A DNA stretch of 64,000 nucleotides, from the NCBI GenBank assembly GCA_943704425.1, contig CALSCP010000863.1:1800-65799 (forward strand), written 5' to 3'. The stretch is from Ministeria vibrans ATCC 50519 (Eukaryota > Protista > Filasterea). Under the pieces are notes generated by a model, which saw nothing but the letters and a program-made list of their open reading frames with translations, had not been told where the DNA came from and did not search any database. Position numbers and translations under genes: made by a program. Shown piece by piece: positions 28,855-40,324 of the stretch (positions are counted from its first letter, which is position 1; each line of letters opens with the position of its first letter).

Positions 28855-31800
28855 CTATACATCAACGCGCTCCACAGTGACATGCATGCCCAGTGGATCC
28901 ACTTGAACATCGTGGAAGACGAGCCCCGCAAACACATCGTCACTCAGCTGTGCACGCAGCAATGCCTCCACTGATGCCCGTGCATCTCTCTCCCGCGTCA
29001 CTATCGTCAAGAAACCCCCTCCACCCGCCCCTGCAAGCGAATATCCATACGCCATCGGCGACACAAGCTCAAAAATCTGTCGACAGTGCTCCGGTTCGCT
29101 CCCAGGAGCAATCTCCTTCTTCTGCTCCCAATATTTGGTCAGGCACCTTCAGAAAAACAACATTAGCTATTTTCCCGCACTGCGACAGGTCAAGTACCTT
29201 CCAACCGATTCAAGATCAAAATCCTGAAAAGCCTTCACACTCTTCTCCGCATTCTCAACCAGTCCATCAAAAATGCTCACGAGCTCAGGAATTCGCGCGT
29301 ACTACACAAAACGGATGTAAAAAGAGAAAGAATCCCCCACCCCCAGTCCAATGTCATCGCTCTCTCTTTTCTTCGTATGCACTACTTACCCAGTTGCGAA
29401 TGACTCCTTGAAGAAGATTGCGAGCGAGACGAGTCTTTCCCGTGTACACAAGCACCATGTGGCGTGAGAGTGTGTCGAGTTGCTCGGCGGACAGCGGCAG
29501 TGGCTCCGAGACAACATGGAGTGGTAGAGCGGCGGGCGAGCGCGCAACCTTGACGCCGCCTTGGATGCCGCCCACTTGATCCTGCCAGCCGCCGCCGGTC
29601 GTAAGCAGCTGCTCGAGATGCAGCACGGCATGCACTACGTCCGAGTCACTGTAGCCGGTGCCTGTCGCGCGCCACAATGCCGCTAGAATCGCACCTGCAA
29701 GGATGCTGGAAGTACCCAGGCCACTGCCCTGCGGCAGACTCGACATGGTGTGCAGTTCATAGCCGTGCGACGCAAGCTGTTCATTAAGTGGCGGTGCGTT
29801 CGACGCCAGAGACACAATTTTAGTGCACACAAAGGCGGCCTTAAGCAGCGCCCCCGGTATGCTCGGCTGGTCATAAGATGCCAGATCGTCGAGCGTGTCA
29901 CAGTGGATACGCGACACCTCCTGCGCGTGTTCACCGAGCAACACCAATACGAGATGTGGTTCGACAATACATCGGGCACGCGCCATAATTGGGTAGGCAC
30001 CGTCAACGCGAAAGGCAACGTTGACCACCGCACCGCCATGCTCGTACGTGATAGGCGGCGTGTCGGTCCAGCCACCCGCCAGATCCATGCGTGCCGACGC
30101 ACGCGCCACTGCCCACTCGCCATCCGCAAGCAATGCAGTCGCGCGCGGGACTGTCTTGACAAACTGGTGTGCACTCATGACTGCCTGCCGAATAATAATC
30201 TGCGATGCGCGCTCGTAATGGCGCGCCGCGCGCACAAGAAGTTCGGGCGTGGCAAGCCAACGCGCGCGCTCGAGCGCTAGCATCTCAATACCGCGACTTA
30301 TTTCGCCCTGTTCCAGCATGCTAAAGGGTGCGCGCCATCGCTGATGGCCCGCAGGCCCACTGCGCAAACCCCCACGACCCGCCGCAAAAGCACCCAGCAT
30401 CTCCGCAATGGCAGCGAACGAGCGGGCAGTCACGCCCGTGTCACCCCCACCCCCGTCGACACTCGGCACCGCCGCACGGTCCAGTGCGGTCAGCACACTG
30501 TGATTGCGCTCGCGCGCGCACCACTCAAAGTAAGGCAGCATGCACACTGTGTGGGTGGCGTGGCGCAGTGTCAGCACACATAGTTCGTTACCGATCATGG
30601 CAAAGAGACGCTTGCGCATGGCCAAGTGTGCTCGGACGTCTCCAAGTCGCTCGGCGGTTGCCAGACTGATGCGAGGCTGACGACGCCAGCGACGCAAAAA
30701 GGGACAGAAAGCGGAGGAGAAGGAGGAGGAGAGAGAGGAAGAAGACAGAGTGCCGGTGAGAGGGTTGGTGGAAGCGGAGGAACTGGCCGCCTGTAGCCAC
30801 AAGGCCGTGTCAAGGTCCATGTCTTCGACGGGAAACAAGCGCGCGTGGTAGAATGAACGCACTGTTTTTTCTTGTTGTACGTCGCCCCACAGGTCATTTT
30901 CCGTGATTCCGGTGCGTGCAAAGAGGGACGCCCACGACTGGCCGCATACGGTGGCCTTGGGGTGCGTGTGATCCAGGTGAACATTGTCGCGTGTGCTGGC
31001 CACGAGCAGAATGCGCGTGGTGGTGGTGGTCTTGGTGCTGCCAAAGCCTGTGGCAGTAAAGCTACCGTGCGAGCGGTTGTCGTTATTGTCGCTATTGATG
31101 GCGGTGGTAGAGTTGATGGTGTGTGTGGCGTCGACCAATGTGGTGGTCCAAAGGACAATATTGTCGTGGACCCTGTTGGTTTCGCCGCTGTGAGTGACGT
31201 GAGGCTCGAGGATTGGCACAAGCTGTGCGGAGGAGAACCCCACGGGGGTTGCAGGAGGCTCGTAGATGGCGGATGAAGAAGGGACTGTAAAGGAAGAGGC
31301 GGCAAGGACGGCAGAGGGTGCGCAGTCGGAGGGCGAAAAGAGATCGAGAAGCAGGGAATTGCGGCCAATGGACCAGCGACCACGCAGAACTGAATGAGCG
31401 ACAAATGAGCCCGCTCCAATGTGCACAAGTAACGGGTTGTCAAGAACCGAGTGCAAGACGGTGTGAGAAGGGTCGGGGGCGAGTGCATCGCAGTGTGGCT
31501 GGAGTTGGAGCGAACGCAGAGAGGCGTTTTGCGGCTCGCCGCGCGTGAGCTGTGCAACGCCACTGAGCAAGGGAGCGGGCGCTTTGATGCTGTGAAGGGT
31601 GGCACCGTGCAGTAAGACGGCACGGAGCACACCAGGTGTGCTGTGAAGCAGATTCCAGGCAGCCTCCGTGAAGAGCTCATGACGCTGACCCGGTGTGTTG
31701 CGTTTCGGAAGGGCCGCCTCAAAGCGCTCCTTGGTCATGCCCTCGGTGACGCACAGGAGCAACTCGAGAAACAGCGACATGCTCATAGGCTCGATTCCTG

Positions 31801-32673
31801 CATCGATACCTAGGTAGGTGCAGGCATCGAGGGGGGAGGTGACGTGAAAGCGCAAGAGGCGGTCGGCAAGTTCCTTGCTGAGAAACACAATGGCCGACAC
31901 ACTTGTGGCATACTCGTCACCGGTGGTCACGCGCAGGGACTCGAGCAGTTCAGACGACGGCTCGGAAAAGATTTCAACAACATTGCCGGCTGCCGAGGTG
32001 CGGTAGGCGCCAGCAATGTGCGCCTGAGACCATGGCATGGGAACGGCAAAGGCGACCGCTGCGGGAGATTCACGCACAACCGTGTCCCAGTCCACGCGAA
32101 ACGTCGACTCTCTGGGCATGTGAACGGAAACGTCGGTCGAGGCAACCCAGACGCCGCACGAGGGCGAGCCTGGGTACAGATAGGTGGAAATGAGGTGCAA
32201 CAGATTGTCGAGCGCGGTCAACGGCAGTGAACTTTGCGCGACCACTGGCAACGCTGCGAGCGCCGAGCCACACGGATCCCACTGCGAGAGGCCCGAATGA
32301 ACAATTAGAAAGCGTGACGAGGCTAGCAGCTCGGGATTGACCACGGAATAGCCGTGTTGTGCGCTCAAATGTTCCACCGCAACCAACAGCGCATTGACGG
32401 TCGCGCCACCTAAACAAACCCCAAAAGGCACAACAAAATAATAATAAAAATGAACAGCGGTGTGAACAGGTTGTATGCTGTGCACGTTGTTGTGTCAGCC
32501 AGGGTGATACCGGAACCGATGCCGCGCTGGGGATCGCCCGCGGCGAGAAAGATTGTATTGTTGTCAAAACAACGCGCATTGCTTCCACGGTGTCGCTCGA
32601 GTTCGTCGCGCAGCGCCTGCGCGTAATGGTGCAGTCGACTTGTAACCACGACGACTGTCAGTGGAGAAGTCAT
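28855..32673 (-). CDS. FCSK: L-fucose kinase, animal type (degenerate N-terminal pyrophosphorylase-like region plus GHMP kinase)
   Basis: DPQRGIGSG|GATVNALLVAVEHLSA, GGLRSGPAG, LVRAARHYERA, RMDLAGGWTDTPP, LPQGSGLGTSSILAG, EQLLTTGGGWQDQ, VYTGKTRLARNLLQ, GAGGGGFL. Confidence 0.93.
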
Positions 32674-32764
32674 ATTTTAAATAAATAGAGAATCGAGAAA
32701 TGTTTCAGTTCAGCGAGATCCAAAATCTAAAAAATCAGCTTACGTCGTACACTTTTGTTTATAT
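32674..32764. promoter_or_regulatory. Probable bidirectional promoter between FCSK and AFG2 (91 nt between start codons)
   Basis: Head-to-head ATGs at 32673(-) and 32765(+) separated by an AT-rich spacer. Confidence 0.55.
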
Positions 32765-35233
32765 ATGGAAGCGCGTGTGGTCAGTGACGATGAGGTGGGC
32801 GTGACCACGGCAACGTTTCGTCGCGGCACCATCCTGATGGCTGTGGCGAGCATGCGATCGTCGGGGTTCGCAGCGGGAGACATGGTCGTGCTGCAGCGCT
32901 GTTCGGGGCGCCAGCGCAGTCGCGTGCGGCAGTGGGCTGCTGCAGAGGTGTGGCCATGGCCCAGAGTCGAGCAGGGATGCGTGGCCATGGGCGGCGTGAT
33001 GCGTTTCAATGCTGGTGCTGGTCTTGGGGACTCCGTCGCCATCCGCCCTGCGTCTCCTCCTGAGGTACCGCACATCCGTCCCTTGAAACTAGCTGTGTTC
33101 TTGCGTTGGACCCTTCCTGCTGGCATTCACCCCCCTCTTCTTCTTCTCTTCTTATGCAGTGGGCGTTTCACATTGTCGTGCGCTTTCTGCAGCCCATTGA
33201 CGCCTCCTCCTCCTCCTCCTCCTCCTCCTCCTCCGCACCATCGACTGCCGCCGCCTCCGCGCCAGGCTTGCTTGACAGTCTGCGCCAACAGTTGATGGGC
33301 CGAGCTTTCTTAGCTGGAAACCGCTTTCGTGTGCCCTATCGCGGCGATCTGCACCAATTTGAGATTGTGTCTGTGCGCAGCGAAAACGAAGACCACGCGA
33401 ATGACAAGCGCAGCACCACTAGCACCACCACCAGCCTTAAGCAGCTTTTTCGATGCCACGCGGCACGAACCACCATCTCAATTGAGAGCACAGTGAAGCG
33501 TGTGTCGTCGGCAGTCACCTCAAGCAGCACCAGCAGCATTCCCATTGGCGGCATGCGTCATCAACTGGCGACTGTCCTCGAAGTGGTTCACCTGCCCATT
33601 CGCGAGCCAGAGCTCTTTGAGCAACTGGGAGTAGCGCCGTCAAGAGGCGTCCTCCTGTACGGACCGCCGGGCACGGGCAAGACGATGCTGGTTCGCCATG
33701 TCGCAGAGACGTGTGGCTGTGCGACTGTGTGCATCAATGGGCCTGACATTGTTGGGAAGTACTATGGCGAGAGTGAGGCTCGGCTACGCGCTGTGTTTCA
33801 GGAGGCGCGTGCGTCGGCACCGAGCATTGTGTTCATTGACGAGATTGACGCGTTGTGTCCGTCGCGCGACGAAGCGACGCAGGAGAGTGAAAAGCGTTTG
33901 GTGGGCACACTTCTGACCCTGATTGATGAGCTCAATGAGGCGCCGTTACGAGCACACGTGGTCGTGATGGGGGCGACCAACCGCGTGGACTCGCTCGATG
34001 CGGCTTTGCGTCGACCAGGGCGGTTTGACGTGGAAGTGGAGTGTGGCGTGCCCAATGTGGCAGAGCGACAGTTGATTCTTGAGGCTCTTTTGGCCACTGT
34101 GCCGCATTCGATTGATGCCAGTGCCATTGCCAAGTGTGCCAGGGACAGCCATGGGTTTGTCGGTGCCGACTTGTCCGCAGTCGTGAAGGAGGCGGGGTTG
34201 TTGGCACTACATCGCACGCGCACGCTAGACGGTAGCGGTGGTCGTGTGCTTGAGCTGACCACGGCGGATTTTTTGAGTGCGTTTCCTCGTGTACGCCCGA
34301 GTGCGATGCGAGAAGTCGTTGTGGACATCCCACGGGTGCGCTGGGAGGACATTGGCGGGCAAACGGCCGTCAAGGCGCGGCTGCGTGAGGCCGTCGAGTG
34401 GCCCCTGCGCCACCCTGAGGCCTTTGCACGCATGGGGATACGCCCGCCGCGTGGCTTGCTGCTGTACGGCCCGCCTGGCTGCAGCAAGACGTTGACAGCC
34501 AAGGCGCTCGCAACCGAGTCGGGCCTCAACTTTATTGCTGTCAAAGGACCCGAGCTATTCTCCAAGTGGGTCGGTGAGAGTGAACGTGCTGTACGTGAGC
34601 TGTTCCGGCGTGCGCGACTTGCGGCACCTTCTATCATCTTTTTTGATGAGATTGACGCGATGGCGGGGCAGCGCAGCGGAGGGACAGGTGGTGGTGGTGT
34701 AGGTGACCGAGTGCTGTCGCAGCTGCTGCTAGAGCTAGACGGGATTGAGCCGCTCAAGCAAGTGATTGTGCTCGCGGCAACGAACCGACCGGATCTTGTG
34801 GATACGGCACTGTTGCGTCCCGGTCGCATTGACCGCGTGATGTATGTGGGACCGCCCGACGAAGGTGCGCGTGCCGACATCTTCCGCATTGCCATGCGCC
34901 CCATGCCCGTCGCCGACGATGTACGCGTTGAGCGACTTGCGGCCGCCACCGATGGCTACAGCGGTGCCGAAATCACCGCGGTGTGTCGTGAGGCGGCGCT
35001 GCTTGCCATGGACGCCGACCGTGATGCCCGTCTCGTCGAACGGGAGCATTTTGTGCGTGCCATGCTCAACATCACGTAAGCTAATTCTATCCTCTCTTTC
35101 TGTGTGTGTACACGTATGTCCGCATGTATGTTTGCTGACCAAGGGTTTTCGTTCTTGTAGTGCGGGCATATCTGCATCCTCTATTGAATTCTATGACAAG
35201 TTCACCAAGACGTGCAATTTGAATGTTGTATAA
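32765..35233 (+). CDS. AFG2A: Ribosome-biogenesis AAA+ ATPase AFG2/SPATA5 (Drg1), two AAA domains
   Basis: D1 GPPGTGKT / IVFIDEID / ALRRPGRFD. D2 carries the AFG2-diagnostic GPPGCSKT, plus VKGPELFSKWVGESE and ALLRPGRID. Confidence 0.9.
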
Positions 35234-35333
35234 AACTTTACTGTTTGTTATAATTTTTATTGTGTATGTTGTCTGTATACAATGGTAAGAGTAAGGATAT
35301 GACTATGGTGCTGGTCGGGCCTTGTTGCTGCTG

Positions 35334-35820
35334 TTAGTGAGGCTTCATTTTGTCCTTGGACGAGAGGTAAACAATGCGGCCGCACGCGAGCAACGCCGTG
35401 ATGCCCACGGAGAAGAGGGAGGCGGCGTTCCACTCGCCAAGCGCATTGACGAAGGGGATGAAGGTCGCAATGTAGACGGCGTCGCCAAAGAGAAAGGTCT
35501 CGGTCATGAGAGTGCACGCGTGGATGTCTAGAGGGGGAGGGGGGGAGGGGGAAGAGGGGGGAGACGGGTCAGGGACGACACTGGCTCTGTCTGCCGCTTC
35601 CACACGAACCCTGTTGCTTGAGAGAGCGCAGCAGCTGAAAGGCGCTCATGACAACCATGACACCGAACCACTGGGCGACGTAGAGCGTCAGCTCGTTGAT
35701 GAGGTAGTGGTTTTCAGGGCGCAAAAAGGGACGCACACCAAAGTCAGGATTGACAATGTACATGAGGCCGCTTCCGGCGGTCAGCAGGAACTCAAACAGA
35801 GCAAATGCAGCAAACACCAT
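35334..35820 (-). CDS. Small (~135 aa) multi-pass membrane protein of unknown function, 2 exons
   Basis: MVFAAFALFEFLL...WFGVMVVMSAFQLLRSLKQQ|DIHACTLMTETFLFGDAVYIATF...ACGRIVYL. Three to four hydrophobic segments and a clean GT-AG intron. Confidence 0.65.
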
Positions 35821-36026
35821 CGATGACAAATAAAAAGGACGATAAAAAAGAGTGCTGACGCCTGATCAGTACAGACTACAGAGTGTTTGACTCAAGACTG
35901 ATTCAAGTTTCTTATAACTAACTCATGATCACCTGATTCACCTCATTATTAAGTCATTAATCATTATTGATTATTCTTCTTTTTTAAGTATATCACCCCT
36001 GTATATCCCTAGAGTACACGTTCCGT

Positions 36027-38557
36027 ATGACGGACGTACTGAGGGTAACGCTGCGCGCAGGAAACGCAGCTGAAGACAATGAGGTACAATACAAATATCT
36101 ACATTTTCCAACACCAGCGTGCCATCTGCTCCCCTTCATCCCCCCCCCCNNNNNNNNNNCCCCCCCCCTCCCTCTCTCAATGACGCGTGCGACGTGTCCC
36201 CTCCGTCACTGTCTTTTTTGACCTGAACATTGTTTTTGTGATTGACATTAAACTTTCCGTTTGAAAGAACCGCGCTTTTCGGGGGAGCGATTCTACAGCC
36301 TTGCCGCGCGCTTTGTCGCCCACCACCATACACCACCATCAGAGACTGTTGCTTGGCGACAAGGTAGAGTGCGCTGGTGAGTCGGAGTCGCGCAGGAATC
36401 GACCCAAGACGTTTGCGAAAAACGACGCTGTCTCTGAACAAGCGCCGTCAGCGCGCCTCAAGGAAGTTGCCGCCATGCAAGAGCGTGTGCAGCGTCTGCA
36501 GGAGGCGTACAGCACGCGAAAGCAACGGTTGCTTCGGGAACAGCGCGACGTGCACTTGCAACGGATTCGTTCGCTCACCACTCCACCTTCAACCGCCAAG
36601 CAAGCAGCGCCGCCCACGCCTCGCGCCGTCACTGTCGCACCGACACCGCCATCAACCACTCCTGCTGCTGTGTCTGACGCTGCGGCGGATGCGGCACATG
36701 CCTCTGTGACGAAGGCGCGCTTGACAGGTCGTGTGACAGCTCCCAAGACACAACCTCGACCCTACACACTTGCACCCGCTTCGCAACATCGTGTCCGCAA
36801 GCCCCAGCCCCTTGCAATGGTACAATCACTGCCAGCGAAGGTTCCGCAGCCTCGAGCGAGCGAGCCACCGTCAAAACCAAAGGAAACGCAAAAGGACGAC
36901 CAAGAACGACCCTTCACACGCGTCACAGACCTTCTTGGTGACCCCTACGACTACGGCGGTGTGAACTGCCTTCTGCGCAATGCACGAGCTGCGCTCTTTG
37001 CCGCAGACCGTGCCGCTAGCGAGACCACGGCGCTTGATCGAGCGCGCGTCGCCGCCCGTCGTATGGATGCCCATGCCAATGCTCATGCCACTTCAACCCC
37101 CGCCCCGTCGTCCTTGGACGGAAACGACGATGTTCAAGCACGCGCCGCTTTGCTTGTCGACGATGCCATTGGCCGTATCGCCGTCGACGACCAACTTCCT
37201 CGCCGACCCCTTGCCCCATCACCTGCTCCCTCTCTCTCCCATTCCGCGGCCCACCATCACCACCGTCGTCACCGCCACCATCACCAGCACCCTCACCGCC
37301 CTCCTCCCCCTCCTCTCGAACCTCAACAGCCTCCCTTTGACGACATCTACCTCAGACACATTTATGGTCGAGCCCACTCCACCTCTCGTGCTCACTCTAT
37401 CAACACTCTTCCTCCTCCCCATCATCATCGTCCGGTTGCCCGTCCCGCCCACACCAACGTTCCTCCTCCTTCTTCCCATCATCGCTCTGTTGCCCGTTCC
37501 GTTCACTCCAACACTCCTTCTCATCGCTCCGGCTCCTCTCCACCACCCCGTCACTCTGCTCAAGAACACGTGTCAGATCCATTCTCGAGTGACGACGAAC
37601 AAGACCCAGTCGACGTGCGGTCGCCCTCGCGTACGACTGTGAGCCAGGGCTGCAACACCTCCATCATGCATACAGCTGTACCGGTCTTGTCTGTTTCCAT
37701 TCAGACCAGTCCCTGTCCTTCCCCTACTCCAACTCTCACCCCAAGTCCATCTCCACCTCCGTCTGTTTCTCATCCTCAGGTGGCCCCTCCTTCTTCTTCG
37801 TCACCTCCACCGCCGCCACTCTCGACCTTTCTTCATGTGCAAGACACCACTGCCACTGACGAACCACACACGGCCGTCGCACACGTCACTTTTCACCAGC
37901 GTCCACCCAGCGACTCGCCATCTCCTACCCCTTCCTCAACACTATCTCCGTCTGCTCGCACTCGCACCGCCGCCGCCGCCTATGCACGGGCACTCGCAGA
38001 TCGTGCTCTTGCGACGTCCCCTCCACCGCGTCAGCCCAACCAACGTCACGTCGCCACAAGTGTGTCGCCACCACCGACATCCCCGTCCTCCCGGGCCTAC
38101 CTTCACCAGCTCGTCCGCGAACAGCTCGCCGAATCCCTTCTTGCCTCAGTCGTCGAGCAGGCACGTCGTGACAAGGCACATGCCGAAGAACGCGCTCAGG
38201 CGGCTACGCAGGAGGCGCGGGAAGCGCGCACTGCTGTTGTAGAGGAAGCCACCGTGCGCGCCCTCGAACGCATCCAAGAAGCCGAGCGAAGCGCCGCCGC
38301 TACTGCAACTGCTGCGTCGCAATCGCAATCGCATTCGCAATCGCCGAGTCACTGTTGCTCTCATCACCCTTGCATTCACATCTGCCATGCCCACTCCACA
38401 CCTCCTCCTCCCACCACAACCACCACCGATGTGCGTCCCTGTGCCACGCAAACGGACCCTTCCTCGCCTGTGCGCGTCGCCGTCGCCGCCGCCTCCACTT
38501 CGCCTATTCTCTTTGACGAACCTTCTCCTTCTCCTTCTCCTCCTCTTCCTTCTTCTT

Positions 38558-38588
<31 letters not shown>

Positions 38589-39168
38589 GCATCCACTTGA
38601 AATGGCGCCACTTGCACCTGCAATGGGCATCTCGCTTGAAGATGATCTCTTACCACCCGTGATCCCACCGCCCGACGACCCGTACGAGTCTACTGACGAC
38701 GAACAAGTCCTTCCCCCGTGGACAAGCGAAGACTTACGTGTCCCAGCACCCCATCGTCGCGTCGCCTCCAATACATGCAATGGTGTTGCAATCGACGAGC
38801 CATCTCTATTGCTTGCGGACGACGAAGGCGACGACGACGATGATGACGATCACCGTGGCAACCCTCCTTCACACCGCCGAGTGACACCGCCATACGTGTC
38901 GGGCTACCTTAGCGGCGACAGCTCCTCGTCCGTGCCAAGCAGCGTCGATTGGACACTCTCCGTTGGCGAGGCAGTCTGGGACGAGCTGAGTGACGGCGAA
39001 ATGGACGTCCGAAACGGACACGATGATGAACGCAAAGCCAAAGCGGCACATAACGAGCCGGTACCAATTGAGACGGACAATGACAATGATGACGATGACC
39101 TTTTGAGTGATGGGGAGTTGCCCCCTTGGTCTCGCATTGATTCCTCTTTTGGTGAAGTGTACAATTGA
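36027..39168 (+). CDS. Large P/S/H-rich coiled-coil protein, TALPID3/KIAA0586-like (tentative)
   Basis: 955-aa open frame joined in phase 0 to a short first exon. LLVDDAIGRIA, DDIYLRHIYGR and repeated C-terminal S(D/V/F)GE motifs recall TALPID3 VDEWIKTIS, DEDYMLQVYGK and SEGE. Confidence 0.5.
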
Positions 39169-39423
39169 AAATATTATAGTAATAATTATACAAATGATAC
39201 TATTATTGGAGAATCGAGAGCTGTGTAACTCAATGTCAAAGCAAGATATCACAAATAATAATAATTAATTTATTATTAATTATTTTGGTGATAAATTGAT
39301 TAGATCTTTTGATTCACCTCACATTCATGAGTTAGTATATGGCTTAATGCCTAATGGCGGAATAATTGTATTATTCGTTTGTCAATAAACTATTAAAAGA
39401 AGAAGAAGACAGTAAATTTTGAC

Positions 39424-39570
39424 ATTGAGTACAACTCTCAAATCTCTATCAAATTACTCGTCGTAATTGATTTAATAATAGTAATAATAATAATAAATTG
39501 AGTACAACTCTCAAATCTCTATCAAATTACTCGTCGTAATTGATTTAATAATAGTAATAATAATAATAAA
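39424..39570. repeat. Two-copy 73-nt tandem repeat, followed by (TAT)n at ~39577-39631
   Basis: attgagtacaactctcaaatctctatcaaattactcgtcgtaattgatttaataatagtaataataataata starts at both 39424 and 39497. Confidence 0.92.
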
Positions 39571-39574
39571 ATTA

Positions 39575-39633
<59 letters not shown>

Positions 39634-39676
39634 TTGTTCTGAATAACAATTATAACATTTTTATTTCCAATTTATT

Positions 39677-40183
39677 ATGTCCGTCACCGGTACCGCTTTC
39701 CTCTTGGTCCTTGTGTCCAACTCTGTCCTATTGGGCGCACCATCTTGGTTTTTTCTGATCCAGTCGCCCAAACTGTTTCGCTTTCTTGGTCGCGACAAGT
39801 TCGTCCCTCCCATGATGACCATGACGCGTCTTCTGTTCCGATGGACACTCCCCATTGCAGCAAGCATCATGGCAAGCGCAACGTATGTTCTGCTGCGCAC
39901 TCCTTCGACGAGCACGCTGGTGTTTGCCTGGTACTTGCCGCAATGCGCCGCGCTCGCGTGTCTTGCCGTCTTTGCGAACTCTCTCATCGTCGTCCCACGC
40001 GCGCTGAATGCAGGCGCGCGATCCTTCAAAGCAAACGACTCGACCAACAAGCTTAAAGACTTCATTATTGACGGCGCGTCGGAGAGTGGAACCAAGTTTT
40101 GGCATCAGACTGTTGTGCTGTTTGTTGTGCTCGGCCTTGCTGGAAGTGCCGGTGTGTTTGTCTCGCTCGCAATGGTGCACTGA
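39677..40183 (+). CDS. Intronless 4-TM protein, DUF4149/TMEM205-like
   Basis: LLGAPSWFFLIQSPKLFRFLGRDKF...ANSLIVVP...FWHQ pattern and 168-aa length fit the DUF4149/TMEM205 layout. Confidence 0.6.
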   Translation: MSVTGTAFLLVLVSNSVLLGAPSWFFLIQSPKLFRFLGRDKFVPPMMTMTRLLFRWTLPIAASIMASATYVLLRTPSTSTLVFAWYLPQCAALACLAVFANSLIVVPRALNAGARSFKANDSTNKLKDFIIDGASESGTKFWHQTVVLFVVLGLAGSAGVFVSLAMVH

Positions 40184-40324
40184 GGAAACCCTTGCCCTTG
40201 AACCTCCAGCGGATGTTTGTTGTTGACTTGTTGTTGTTGTTGTTGTTGTTGTTGTATGATTTTTGTTTTAAAAATGAAATTTTTTAATCATTCATTATAT
40301 TTTTTGGTACGCTTTGATTTTTTC

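Noticed and set aside
33798-34949. 383-aa antisense ORF over AFG2, and similar antisense ORFs over other GC-rich exons
   Set aside because: Typical antisense shadow of GC-rich codon usage.
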